A stretch of 64,000 nt of DNA. Origin: Acidobacteriota bacterium. GTDB taxonomy: Bacteria; Acidobacteriota; Blastocatellia; Pyrinomonadales; Pyrinomonadaceae. The stretch lies in assembly GCA_020200235.1 (NCBI GenBank), contig JAIVJC010000008.1, forward strand, positions 449 through 64,448. The letters are read 5' to 3'. Each line of letters begins with the position of its first letter. The first letter of the stretch is position 1. Below, piece by piece: positions 13,157-21,568 of the stretch. Position numbers and translations under genes: made by a program. The notes beneath the pieces were generated by a model. The model ran no database searches. It was given only the letters and a program-made list of their open reading frames with translations, and was not told where the DNA came from.

Positions 13157-14710
13157 CTAACGCCGCGGACTGCTCGAACGGACTGTCACTTCGCTGCCGC
13201 GCAACAGTTCCAGATCGTCGCGGCCCTGCACGTAGACCGAGCCGGCGCCCGCGCCCGCGCCGACGACCGCGCCGATGGCAGCGCCCGAGCCGCCGCCCGC
13301 GATGGCTCCGATGATGGCGCCGACCGCCGTGCCGATAGCCGTGCGCTGCACGGTGCGGTTCGTCTGGCTGCTGTCGCGCACGCCGCCCTCGTTATCGACC
13401 TTGACGCTCTCGCCGTTAGTCGAGCGGATGCCCTCGACGAAGCCGGAGAAGGTGTAGCTGCGCCCGTCGCGCAGGACGATGCGGTCGAAGTTGAAGCTCA
13501 TCTCCGAGCGACCCGTGACGCGACCCGAGCGGGCGACGCCCGAGATGTGACCCTGCAGCGACGCGCCCGCGTACTCCGAAGGCTGCGTGACCGTCATCGT
13601 GAACTGCTCGCCCTCTCGCGTGGTGCGCGTGCTCAGGTCCTGATCGAGCGTGGCGCTCAGCGTGACGCCGTCGGGCACGATGAACTCGCTGCTCGCGGTC
13701 GGCACGGTCGTCCCGGCTGTGTAGCCGCCGCCACGGTAAACGTCGAATTGCGCTACGTCGGACGTGCGCTCGTAGACGCTGCGGACGGTAACGGGCGTGC
13801 GCAGGTTGATGTCGGAGATGCGGCGGGTGACTTCGAGCCGCCGACCGCCCTCTATCGGATCGAACGTGACCGTGAAGTCGCTGTCGCGGTCGCCGGTCGT
13901 GCTGACGATGAGCTGGTCGCCGTAGACGCTCGCCCTGGCGCGGACGGAGTGCCCGTCAGCCGCCTGCTCGACGCGCTCGCGCCCGTCGGCGACGAACGTG
14001 ATCTGCGGGGCGCGGGTCGAAGCGATGGTCACCTGCGTGCCGCGACGCTCGACGGCGAGTGTGTCGGGCGCTTCGAGGCGCGCGATCAGGGCGTCCTCGG
14101 TGCGCTGCCGGTTATAACCCGGAAGGGCTCTCGACGCGTTCTGCGCCGCGGTGCGCGGATCGTCGCTGCGCGAAACGTCGAGGCGGTAAGTGCCGGTCAG
14201 CAGACGGTCGACGCCGTAGACAGTGCTCGTGCCCGGTAACGGGTTGTTGCCGTAGCCGCCGCGAGCCGTGTCGGGGTTCCAGGTGATGCCGTAGGCGCTC
14301 GCCAGCTCGCCGAGATCGGCGCGGACGGTCGCCCAGTCGTCGTTGACGTTACCCTCGAGCTGGTTGCGTCTGAGGAAATTATCGACGAGCGTCGCGCGGT
14401 CGAGCACGAGACGGACGTCGGCGACGGTCGCCCGCCGCTGATTGTTGCGCGTGCGGAGCTGCGTCGTGGCGTTGACGAAGTCTGTGATGTAAAGGTTGAT
14501 GTTGTTCTCGCGCCGCGTGTTGTCGATGCGGCTGTTCCTGATCGCGTAGTCGAGGTCCGTGCGGAAGCGCGCCGTGTCGCTCTGGACGCGGCTGATGATC
14601 TGCGCCACCTGGAAGCGGTTGACGCGCGCGCGCTGCGCCTGCGCCGTCAGCCCCGTGGTGACAAAGGCTAAAAGGAGTGCCGCCGAAATGATTCTTCTTG
14701 CGTGGTTCAT
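13157..14710 (-). CDS. Secreted protein of unknown function with C-terminal glycine-zipper segment
   Basis: 517-aa ORF with a signal peptide (ALLLAFVTTGLTAQAQ). It has an N-terminal helical region and a beta-rich middle. The C-terminal segment AIGTAVGAIIGAIAGGGSGAAIGAVVGAGAGAGS is a YMGG/Rick_17kDa-type glycine zipper. Confidence 0.7.
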   Translation of the reverse strand: MNHARRIISAALLLAFVTTGLTAQAQRARVNRFQVAQIISRVQSDTARFRTDLDYAIRNSRIDNTRRENNINLYITDFVNATTQLRTRNNQRRATVADVRLVLDRATLVDNFLRRNQLEGNVNDDWATVRADLGELASAYGITWNPDTARGGYGNNPLPGTSTVYGVDRLLTGTYRLDVSRSDDPRTAAQNASRALPGYNRQRTEDALIARLEAPDTLAVERRGTQVTIASTRAPQITFVADGRERVEQAADGHSVRARASVYGDQLIVSTTGDRDSDFTVTFDPIEGGRRLEVTRRISDINLRTPVTVRSVYERTSDVAQFDVYRGGGYTAGTTVPTASSEFIVPDGVTLSATLDQDLSTRTTREGEQFTMTVTQPSEYAGASLQGHISGVARSGRVTGRSEMSFNFDRIVLRDGRSYTFSGFVEGIRSTNGESVKVDNEGGVRDSSQTNRTVQRTAIGTAVGAIIGAIAGGGSGAAIGAVVGAGAGAGSVYVQGRDDLELLRGSEVTVRSSSPRR

Positions 14711-15254
14711 TTACTCTTCCCTCCGGTCTTGAAATTCCAAGTGATGTTTGAGCCGAAGCCCTCGCGCCAGCCGCCCATTCCGGGAAGCCGTTTGCGCTTT
14801 ACATTAACGGGGGGAGTTTCAGTCGGACGCCGAGGAGAGCGGGAGACTTGAGCCGCGCCGAAATAATTTCGCGCGTGGTTTGAACTTTCCGAAGTGTCGC
14901 GCCCGCGTTCCGAGGAGTCTCGTGTGCGGGCTTTTAGCGCGACCCTGTAAAATCTGATTCACATCCGCGCAGCTCAGGTTGCCGCGATTTCCGACCCACC
15001 AAAGCGGGGTGTTTACCCACCGTTTTCAATGTACAAAGATCGTCCACAGCGTACCGTTCCGCGTATCGTGCGGGTTCACCGCGCCGACGAAGAGCGCCGC
15101 TAACTCCTACGAACTGAATGATTCGCACTTTCCCACCTACGTCCTATTGCAATTACCGTGCGCGCGCGTTGACCCGGCGACCGACGCACCGGCGGCTGAG
15201 TCCCCGGCTCCGGCTCGTGCTATCCTGTCCGAACCCTGACGGAGGTGAATCGGA

Positions 15255-15689
15255 GTGGAAACAGGCGACGCCAAAGCCGTCGTAAAGTTCGCGGGCGACG
15301 ATCTCTTCGTCGCCGTCTCCGCGAGCGGTCACGCGCTGGCGGTCGAGACCGACTCGGCACGCTCGCGCGCGGCGACGCCGATGGAGCTGCTGCTCCTCGC
15401 CGTCGGCTCCTGCACGGGTGTGGACGTGATCTCGATCCTCCGCAAGAAGCGCGAGCGCGTGACGGGCTATCACATAGAGGTGCGCGGCGAGCGCCGCGCG
15501 GAGCACCCGCGCTCTTACACGCGCATCGAGGTGAGGCACGTCCTCAGCGGTCACAACCTCTCGGAACGCGCCGTCGCGCAGGCGATTGAGTTGTCCGACA
15601 CGAAGTATTGCAGCGTCGCCGCGACGCTCCGACCCGCGGTTGAGATCGTCACGAGCTATGAGATCGTGGAGGACGGGTCGGCCGTGTGA
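15255..15689 (+). CDS. OsmC/Ohr family peroxiredoxin-like protein
   Basis: 144 aa with a GTG start. The two conserved Cys are in typical context (AVGSCTGVDV and DTKYCSVAATL). Confidence 0.8.
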   Translation: METGDAKAVVKFAGDDLFVAVSASGHALAVETDSARSRAATPMELLLLAVGSCTGVDVISILRKKRERVTGYHIEVRGERRAEHPRSYTRIEVRHVLSGHNLSERAVAQAIELSDTKYCSVAATLRPAVEIVTSYEIVEDGSAV

Positions 15690-15809
15690 GGCACGGCGCA
15701 ACTGAATGGGCGTGGGCTCGTCGTCAGGAAAAGCTTGCGCCCGCGCGCCCACTTGCTGCTAGAATGCCCGCCTGACCCTGAGCATCAATTTACTTCCGAG
15801 GAGAAAGAC

Positions 15810-15953
15810 ATGGCTGACGAGAAGAAGAATTGCAAACACCCCGGCTGCCTGTGCCCGGCGGACGAAGACAGCGACTATTGCAGCGCCTACTGCCAGGGGG
15901 CGGGGCAACAACCGGAAACGATCTGCGATTGCGGCTGCCCCGACTGCATGTAA
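15810..15953 (+). CDS. Small cysteine-rich protein, bacterial metallothionein (SmtA/BmtA)-like
   Basis: ATG at 15810 is preceded by gaggagaaaga. The product is the 47-aa MADEKKNCKHPGCLCPADEDSDYCSAYCQGAGQQPETICDCGCPDCM, with 9 Cys and 1 His. The pattern CxHxxCxC...YCxxxC...CxCxCxxC resembles SmtA CxCxxCxC...YCxxxC. A terminator follows. Confidence 0.55.
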   Translation: MADEKKNCKHPGCLCPADEDSDYCSAYCQGAGQQPETICDCGCPDCM

Positions 15954-15973
15954 GCGCATCTTAGGTTTCGACC

Positions 15974-16029
15974 GACCGGCTGAAGCGACTCCCCGCCCGG
16001 GCGCGCGTCTTCAGCCGGTTAATTTTTTC
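15974..16029 (+). terminator. Rho-independent terminator after the metallothionein-like ORF
   Basis: Stem gaccggctgaag / cttcagccggt with a 23-nt loop, followed by taatttttt. Confidence 0.6.
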
Positions 16030-16093
16030 CGGCAGCTCGGGCGTTGACGGTCGCGCGTTTCGATGGCGCGCCTGCCGAATCATTCCCGCCATC

Positions 16094-17605
16094 TTGAGAA
16101 CGCGAAGAAAGATGATCGTCCCTTCCACACTGATCCTCAGCCCCGTGCTCTACGCGCTGGCGCTGCTCCCGGCCTGCTACCGCGCGCCGAGCCCGAACGC
16201 GAACTCGCCGGCGGCCGCGCCCGCGAGCGCGGTCTTCTTCGAGTCGCTCCCGACGGACGAGCAGGGCGGCGACGACGCGCTCGCGAACGCGCGCCGCCTC
16301 GACCGCCAGAACCGCGGCGCGGACGGCGGTCTCTCGACGCTGCCGCCGCAGGAGCACATGCGCCGCGCCGCCGTCTACCTCGCCAACCGCGCCTTCTCGG
16401 AAGCGCGCGAGCACTGGACGGCGCTCATCGCGCAGTACCCCGCGGACGCGAACGTGCCCGGCTCGCTCTTCGGCATCGGTCGCTCCTACTACGTCGAGCG
16501 CCGCTACGCCGAGGCGCTCCCCTTCTTCGAGCGTCTGGGTCGCGACTTCGCGGGGCAGAAGGAGGGGCGGGAAGGCTTCTACTACACCGCCGCGACGATC
16601 CTGCGCCTGGGCAGACCGGCGGATGCCGCCGCGCGCTACCTCGAATACGCCGAGCGCCACCCGCAGGGCGAGCGCATCGAGAACGCCTACCTGAACGCCA
16701 TCGACAGTTGGCGCGAAGCGGGTCGCGACGATCTCGCGCGGCAGTGGATCGGCTCGGCGCGCGAGCGGTTCCGCGGCAAGCCCTCGGAGGCGAACGCGCT
16801 CTTCGCCCTGCTCCGACTCGAAATCGCGGCGGGCGAGTGGCAGTCGGCGGTGCGCGCGGCGGATCAGATGCGCGGCGTCGCGTTCAACAAGGACGTGCAG
16901 ACGACGCAGGCGGAAGTCACATACCTCAAAGCCTACGCGCTGGAGCGCTCCGGTCAGAAGGCGCAGGCTGGCGCCGTCTACCAATCGATCACGGACCGCG
17001 CCGCTTCATACTACGGCTGGCAGGCGACCGAGCACTTGCATGATTTGGGCGGAGACTGGAAACGCGCCGCGGCTGTGAGGGCGGCGTCGGTGAAGAGGGA
17101 GGTGGAAGCGGCGGCGGCGAACTTCCCCGCCCCGAATCGCGAGGTGCTGTTGCGCGCGGTGAAGGGCAAGAACGTCGATCCGCGCTACGTCCTCTCGATC
17201 ATGCGGCAGGAGAGCAGCTTTAATACGCGCGCGCGCTCGCTCGCCGGCGCGCGCGGACTGCTCCAGCTCACCATCGACGTGGCGAACAAGTACGCGAAGG
17301 GCGCCGGGCTGGAACGGGTGATCGAGGACGACCTCTACCGACCCGAAGTGAACATCCCCGTCGGCGTCGAATACCTCTCGCAGCTCTTCCGCATGTTCCC
17401 CGACCTGCCCGAAGGGGTCGCGGCTTCATACAACGGCGGCGAGGACAACGTCGAGCGCTGGGTGCGCCGCGCCGTCCACAAAGACAACGGAGTCTTCGCC
17501 GCCGAGATCGGCTTCGCCGAGTCAAAAGACTACGCGCTGAAGGTAATGGCGAACTACCGCGCCTACCAGCAGCTCTACACCTCCGACCTCCAGCGGAGAC
17601 GCTGA
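16094..17605 (+). CDS. Lytic murein transglycosylase (TPR-like N-domain + SLT catalytic domain), probable lipoprotein
   Basis: SLT motifs IMRQESSFN (catalytic Glu), GLLQLT and AYNGGEDNV. The N-terminal LALLPAC is lipobox-like. The start is either TTG 16094 or ATG 16112. Confidence 0.85.
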   Translation: MRTRRKMIVPSTLILSPVLYALALLPACYRAPSPNANSPAAAPASAVFFESLPTDEQGGDDALANARRLDRQNRGADGGLSTLPPQEHMRRAAVYLANRAFSEAREHWTALIAQYPADANVPGSLFGIGRSYYVERRYAEALPFFERLGRDFAGQKEGREGFYYTAATILRLGRPADAAARYLEYAERHPQGERIENAYLNAIDSWREAGRDDLARQWIGSARERFRGKPSEANALFALLRLEIAAGEWQSAVRAADQMRGVAFNKDVQTTQAEVTYLKAYALERSGQKAQAGAVYQSITDRAASYYGWQATEHLHDLGGDWKRAAAVRAASVKREVEAAAANFPAPNREVLLRAVKGKNVDPRYVLSIMRQESSFNTRARSLAGARGLLQLTIDVANKYAKGAGLERVIEDDLYRPEVNIPVGVEYLSQLFRMFPDLPEGVAASYNGGEDNVERWVRRAVHKDNGVFAAEIGFAESKDYALKVMANYRAYQQLYTSDLQRRR

Positions 17606-17619
17606 GAGAAAACCTTCTC

Positions 17620-18216
17620 CTACGAGTTGCGCCAGATGCGTAGTTGCTCACGACGCTTGGCCTCGCTACGCTCCCGAAGTTTAGCCGCCGGGTAGCCGAT
17701 CACGAAGAGGACGAAGCCGAGCGCAGCCCCAGTTGCGTACTGCTCACCTGTCGGACTAATCATCGCACCCATAGCTCCCATCATCGGCTCATATTGAGTT
17801 ACATTTGTATCGGGCACGCTAACAGGTGAAACGGGCGCGCTAACGGGCTCACTCTTCTCCGGCGCGGGCGCAATTCCGACCCCGGCAAAGAAGCCGATGA
17901 TCGTTGCGAATACCGCGCTCGAAACTTTCGAGACGCGGCGCTTGAGGGCGCGCAAACCTACGGGACAGCTCCGCGTCAGCATCGTCCCGTCCTTGCGGCA
18001 GTAGAAGCGGACGCATAGACGTGCTCCTTCCCAACGCATGACGAGTCGCTCGGCTTCCTTACTCGTCATCTCCGATAAGTTGTAGACGTTCAGGCTGCAA
18101 CGGTGGCAGAAGCGCACGCGCTTGTCGCCCCGCATCTCGTCCCAGTCAGCCTCGCACGGCGCGGCTATCCGCACGCGGTCGAGTGCGTTCGTGAAGCGTA
18201 CCACCATCGCGTCCAC
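17620..18216 (-). CDS. Hypothetical Cys-rich (zinc-ribbon-like) protein with C-terminal membrane segments
   Basis: 198 aa. It contains APCEADWDEMRGDKRVRFCHRCSLNVYNLSEM...CVRFYC...SCP, then two hydrophobic helices. GC is lower than the surroundings. Confidence 0.6.
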   Translation of the reverse strand: MDAMVVRFTNALDRVRIAAPCEADWDEMRGDKRVRFCHRCSLNVYNLSEMTSKEAERLVMRWEGARLCVRFYCRKDGTMLTRSCPVGLRALKRRVSKVSSAVFATIIGFFAGVGIAPAPEKSEPVSAPVSPVSVPDTNVTQYEPMMGAMGAMISPTGEQYATGAALGFVLFVIGYPAAKLRERSEAKRREQLRIWRNS

Positions 18217-18296
18217 CCCCGGCTCAAGTTTCCCTCACCGGAGTTAGACACCGCGCTCGCGCATTCGTTCCGCGCCGCGCTCTCACCCCGCGCCAT

Positions 18297-19217
18297 TCAC
18301 TGCGGTGGGTCGGGACAGAAGCGCGGGTCTGCGAAGCCGCGCGCGCGCTCGCGACGCCGCAGCGGATCGGGTTGATCATAGTGGCGCGGCAGGACGCCGA
18401 GCCGCACGAGCGCGGGGCGGTATTCATAACGAAGCGTGACCTCCGCCGCCGGGTCCCGTTCGAGGTCGAGGTTCACCCAGCGCACGTCGTGTCCGACCGA
18501 GCGACCGATGCCCGTCGCCGCGTACTCGTCGTCGCGCGCGGGCTCGGCGGCGCGGTTTCTGGCGGCGCCCGCCGCCCCGCTCGACGACTGCGAGGGCTGC
18601 GGCGCTGACTTCATCTTGCTCTCCTCGTCGCGGCTCGACTCGCCCAGCGGTCGCGGGCTCGGCGGCACGACCTCCGAATACCCCGCACGCTCGCGGAAGA
18701 AGACGGCGGTGATGACGCCCACGTCCGCGGCGCGCCCGAGCTTCTTCGCGTAGGAGTCGCGCTCGGAGGTGAAGTAGAAGCGGCGCGCGCGCGTCTGGCT
18801 CATCTGCCAGCCGGTGACGGTGATCGTGCCGTAGGGCTGGACGACCCACTTGCTCGCGTCGCGCGCCGTCGTGCGCCGCGCGTCGATGGTGTTGAGCCCG
18901 TCGACCGAGAGCGCGACCGCGACGCGCACGGGCAGCGGGTTGCGGATCCGCAGCACGTACTCGGAGCCGGCGACCGCCTCGACGTAAACCCTGCCGCGCC
19001 CCGGTAATTGTTCGAGCGGCGAGCCGCCGACGATGACCTCGACGCCGAACGGGTCGTAGCGGACGGGGTGCGCCGGTCGCCCCCACGGCCGCTCCTGCCC
19101 CGCTTCGTCGCCCTCGATTAACGCAGTCGTCTCGTCCTTCGAGCCGCCCGCGAAGACCGCCGCGCCGAGTGTCGCGAAGCAGGCGCAGCAGAACGCCGCC
19201 GCAAAAGTCTTTCGCAT
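18297..19217 (-). CDS. Hypothetical secreted protein
   Basis: 306 aa with a signal peptide (AAAFCCACFATLGAAVFA). It has a beta-rich core (YVLRIRNPLPVRVAVALSVDGLN) and a Ser/Ala-rich linker. I do not recognise a family. Confidence 0.6.
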   Translation of the reverse strand: MRKTFAAAFCCACFATLGAAVFAGGSKDETTALIEGDEAGQERPWGRPAHPVRYDPFGVEVIVGGSPLEQLPGRGRVYVEAVAGSEYVLRIRNPLPVRVAVALSVDGLNTIDARRTTARDASKWVVQPYGTITVTGWQMSQTRARRFYFTSERDSYAKKLGRAADVGVITAVFFRERAGYSEVVPPSPRPLGESSRDEESKMKSAPQPSQSSSGAAGAARNRAAEPARDDEYAATGIGRSVGHDVRWVNLDLERDPAAEVTLRYEYRPALVRLGVLPRHYDQPDPLRRRERARGFADPRFCPDPPQ

Positions 19218-19337
19218 CTCTTCGACCTCCTCCGATTATTCCGAGCCACTATTTGAACGCGGCTCTCCTCATTTCCTTGCGGGCGCGGCGGCGGTTTGTG
19301 GTACAAAACTTCGGCGGGGGACGGAGGCGACTGCCGG

Positions 19338-21200
19338 ATGATTAGTTTCGGGGCGGACGAATGCGCGCGGCTCGACGCGGCTTCGCGGCGCGAGTGGCTT
19401 GAGACGAACGGGCTGGGCTTCACCTACCGCGCGGGCGATTTCGAGATCGAAAAAAAAGTCTTCATGCAGCACTGTCAGAACACGACGGTCGTCCGCTACG
19501 GCTTCACCGCGCCGCGGGGTGCGAAGGCTCGGCTCGAACTCCGCCCGCTCGTCGCCTTCCGCGACTACCACTCGCTCGCGCGCGAGGCGCTCGACATCTT
19601 TCTCCGCGCCGAGATGAAGAAGGGGCTCCTGCGACTCGGCAGGCGCGACGACTCCCTCGCGCTCTTCCTCGCGCACGACGCGCGCTCGGTCTCCGTCGAA
19701 GGGCTCTGGTACAGGAACTTCGAGTACGCGGAAGAGCGCGAGCGCGGCTTCGACTGTCACGAAGACCTCTTCAACCCGTGCCTGCTGACGTTCGACGTTT
19801 CAAGCGGCTCTTCGTGCGACATCATCGCCTCGACGGAGCGGCGCGACGCGGGCGAAGCCGCGCTGCTCGAAGACTCGGAGCGCGCGCGTCGCCGCGGACT
19901 CAGCCTTTCCATCTTAGAGGTAAACACACAAGCCTCTGCGAAAGACGACAACACCGCATCATCAAGTGGGGTGAAGGACGAACGCGATGACGGCATCGAA
20001 GCAGCGGAGCAGGATGTTGATGAAGACATCGCGGGCGGCGAAGAGCGCGCCGAGCATCTGAAGTCGCTCGCGCGCGCCGCCGATCAGTTCGTCGTCCGCC
20101 GCGGCGAAAGCCTCTCGACCGTCATCGCCGGCTACCACTGGTTCACCGACTGGGGGCGCGACACGATGATCTCGCTCACGGGTCTCGCCCTCGTGTCGCG
20201 CCGCTTCGAAGAGGCGCGCGAAACCCTCCTCGCCTTCGCCGCGAGCCTCGATCAGGGCTTGATCCCGAACCGCTTCCCCGACGCGGGCGAACGCCCCGAA
20301 TACAACACCGCCGACGCCACGCTCTGGTTCGTCAACGCCGTGGGCGAGTACCTGCGCCGCGCGCGGGACGAACAGTTCGTCCGCGAGAAATTGTACGAGC
20401 CCCTTCTCGAGATCATCCGCTGGCACGAGCGCGGCACGCATTACGGGATCCGCATGGCGGAGGACAGTCTGCTGCGCGCGGGCGACGTGGACGCGCAGGT
20501 CACCTGGATGGACGTGAAGCTCGGCGACTATCTGGTGACGCCGCGCACGGGCAAGCCCGTCGAGATTCAAGCGCTCTGGTACAACGCGCTGCGCACGGTC
20601 GAGGCGCTCGCGCGCCGCTTCGGCGACGAGCCCACGCGCAACCGCTGCCGTGCCACAGCCGACGCCGCGCGCGCCAGCTTCAACGGTCTCTTCTGGAACG
20701 AGGCGGAGGATTGTCTCTACGACTGCGTCTCCGACGCGGGCGAGCCGGACGACTCGCTGCGACCGAATCAAATCTTCGCCGTCAGCCTGCCGCACGCGAT
20801 CACGACGGGCGAGCGGGCGCGCTCGGTCGTCCGCAAGGTCGAGCAGGAGTTGCTCACGCCCTTCGGTCTGCGCTCGCTCTCGCCGCGCCACCCCGCATAC
20901 CGCGGTCGCTACGAGGGCGACGCATACTCGCGCGACACCGCGTATCATCAGGGCACGGTCTGGGCCTGGCTGCTGGGTCCCTTCGTCACGGCTTACCTGA
21001 AAGTTAACGACCGCTCGCCGGAGAGCGTGGCAGCGGCGCGCGGCTGGCTCGGCAACTTCCGCGCGCACCTGCGCGAGGCGGGGCTCGGTCAAGTCTCCGA
21101 AATCTTCGACGGCGACGCGCCCCACGCGCCGCGCGGCTGCATCGCCCAAGCCTGGAGCGTCGCCGAGATTTTGCGTTGCGAGTTGGAAGAGGTAGGCTGA
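19338..21200 (+). CDS. Amylo-alpha-1,6-glucosidase / bacterial glycogen-debranching-type enzyme (GDE_C), atypical N-terminus
   Basis: GDE_C-type motifs AGYHWFTDWGRDTMISL, PNRFPD, YNTADATLWF, VEIQALWYNAL, RPNQIFAVSLP and YHQGTVWAWLLGPF. I chose ATG 19338 (MISFGADE...). Confidence 0.8.
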   Translation: MISFGADECARLDAASRREWLETNGLGFTYRAGDFEIEKKVFMQHCQNTTVVRYGFTAPRGAKARLELRPLVAFRDYHSLAREALDIFLRAEMKKGLLRLGRRDDSLALFLAHDARSVSVEGLWYRNFEYAEERERGFDCHEDLFNPCLLTFDVSSGSSCDIIASTERRDAGEAALLEDSERARRRGLSLSILEVNTQASAKDDNTASSSGVKDERDDGIEAAEQDVDEDIAGGEERAEHLKSLARAADQFVVRRGESLSTVIAGYHWFTDWGRDTMISLTGLALVSRRFEEARETLLAFAASLDQGLIPNRFPDAGERPEYNTADATLWFVNAVGEYLRRARDEQFVREKLYEPLLEIIRWHERGTHYGIRMAEDSLLRAGDVDAQVTWMDVKLGDYLVTPRTGKPVEIQALWYNALRTVEALARRFGDEPTRNRCRATADAARASFNGLFWNEAEDCLYDCVSDAGEPDDSLRPNQIFAVSLPHAITTGERARSVVRKVEQELLTPFGLRSLSPRHPAYRGRYEGDAYSRDTAYHQGTVWAWLLGPFVTAYLKVNDRSPESVAAARGWLGNFRAHLREAGLGQVSEIFDGDAPHAPRGCIAQAWSVAEILRCELEEVG

Positions 21201-21240
21201 ATCCTATCGTCGTGTAGGTTGGTACCGCCTGCCACTTTCG

Positions 21241-21374
21241 ATTGCGGAATGCGGATTGCGGATTGCGGATAAGGGGGATCGAGCCATTCTCTCATTGACC
21301 AAATGACTCAACGACTCAATGAGACAGTGATTTAATCCTCTTCAATCCGCATTCCGAAATCCGAAATCCGCAAT
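21241..21374. repeat. Inverted arrays of tandem heptamers (A[TA]TGCGG x4) flanking a 74-nt low-GC spacer
   Basis: Left arm 21241-21270 is ATTGCGGAATGCGGATTGCGGATTGCGGAT. Right arm 21345-21374 is ATCCGCATTCCGAAATCCGAAATCCGCAAT. The arms are complementary at 26 of 30 positions. Confidence 0.8.
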
Positions 21375-21394
21375 TCTCACTGAGGAATCGTTGA

Positions 21395-21556
21395 ATGCCG
21401 ACCAACACGCCGCCGCCCTATTTCCCGCAGGGCTCGCTACAGCCGCCCGACCCGAACCGCTGGCGCAAGATCAAGGGCGGGTTCTTCGGCTGCCTCGCGC
21501 TCATCCTCCTCCTGCTCGTCGCGCTGGCGACGTGGCTCGTCACGCGCGCACACTGA
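21395..21556 (+). CDS. Possible small membrane protein (53 aa), below the ORF-track size cut-off
   Basis: ATG 21395 is preceded by gaggaa. The product is MPTNTPPPYFPQGSLQPPDPNRWRKIKGGFFGCLALILLLLVALATWLVTRAH*, with a Pro-rich head and one clear TM helix. Confidence 0.35.
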   Translation: MPTNTPPPYFPQGSLQPPDPNRWRKIKGGFFGCLALILLLLVALATWLVTRAH

Positions 21557-21568
21557 GCCCCGAATCCG

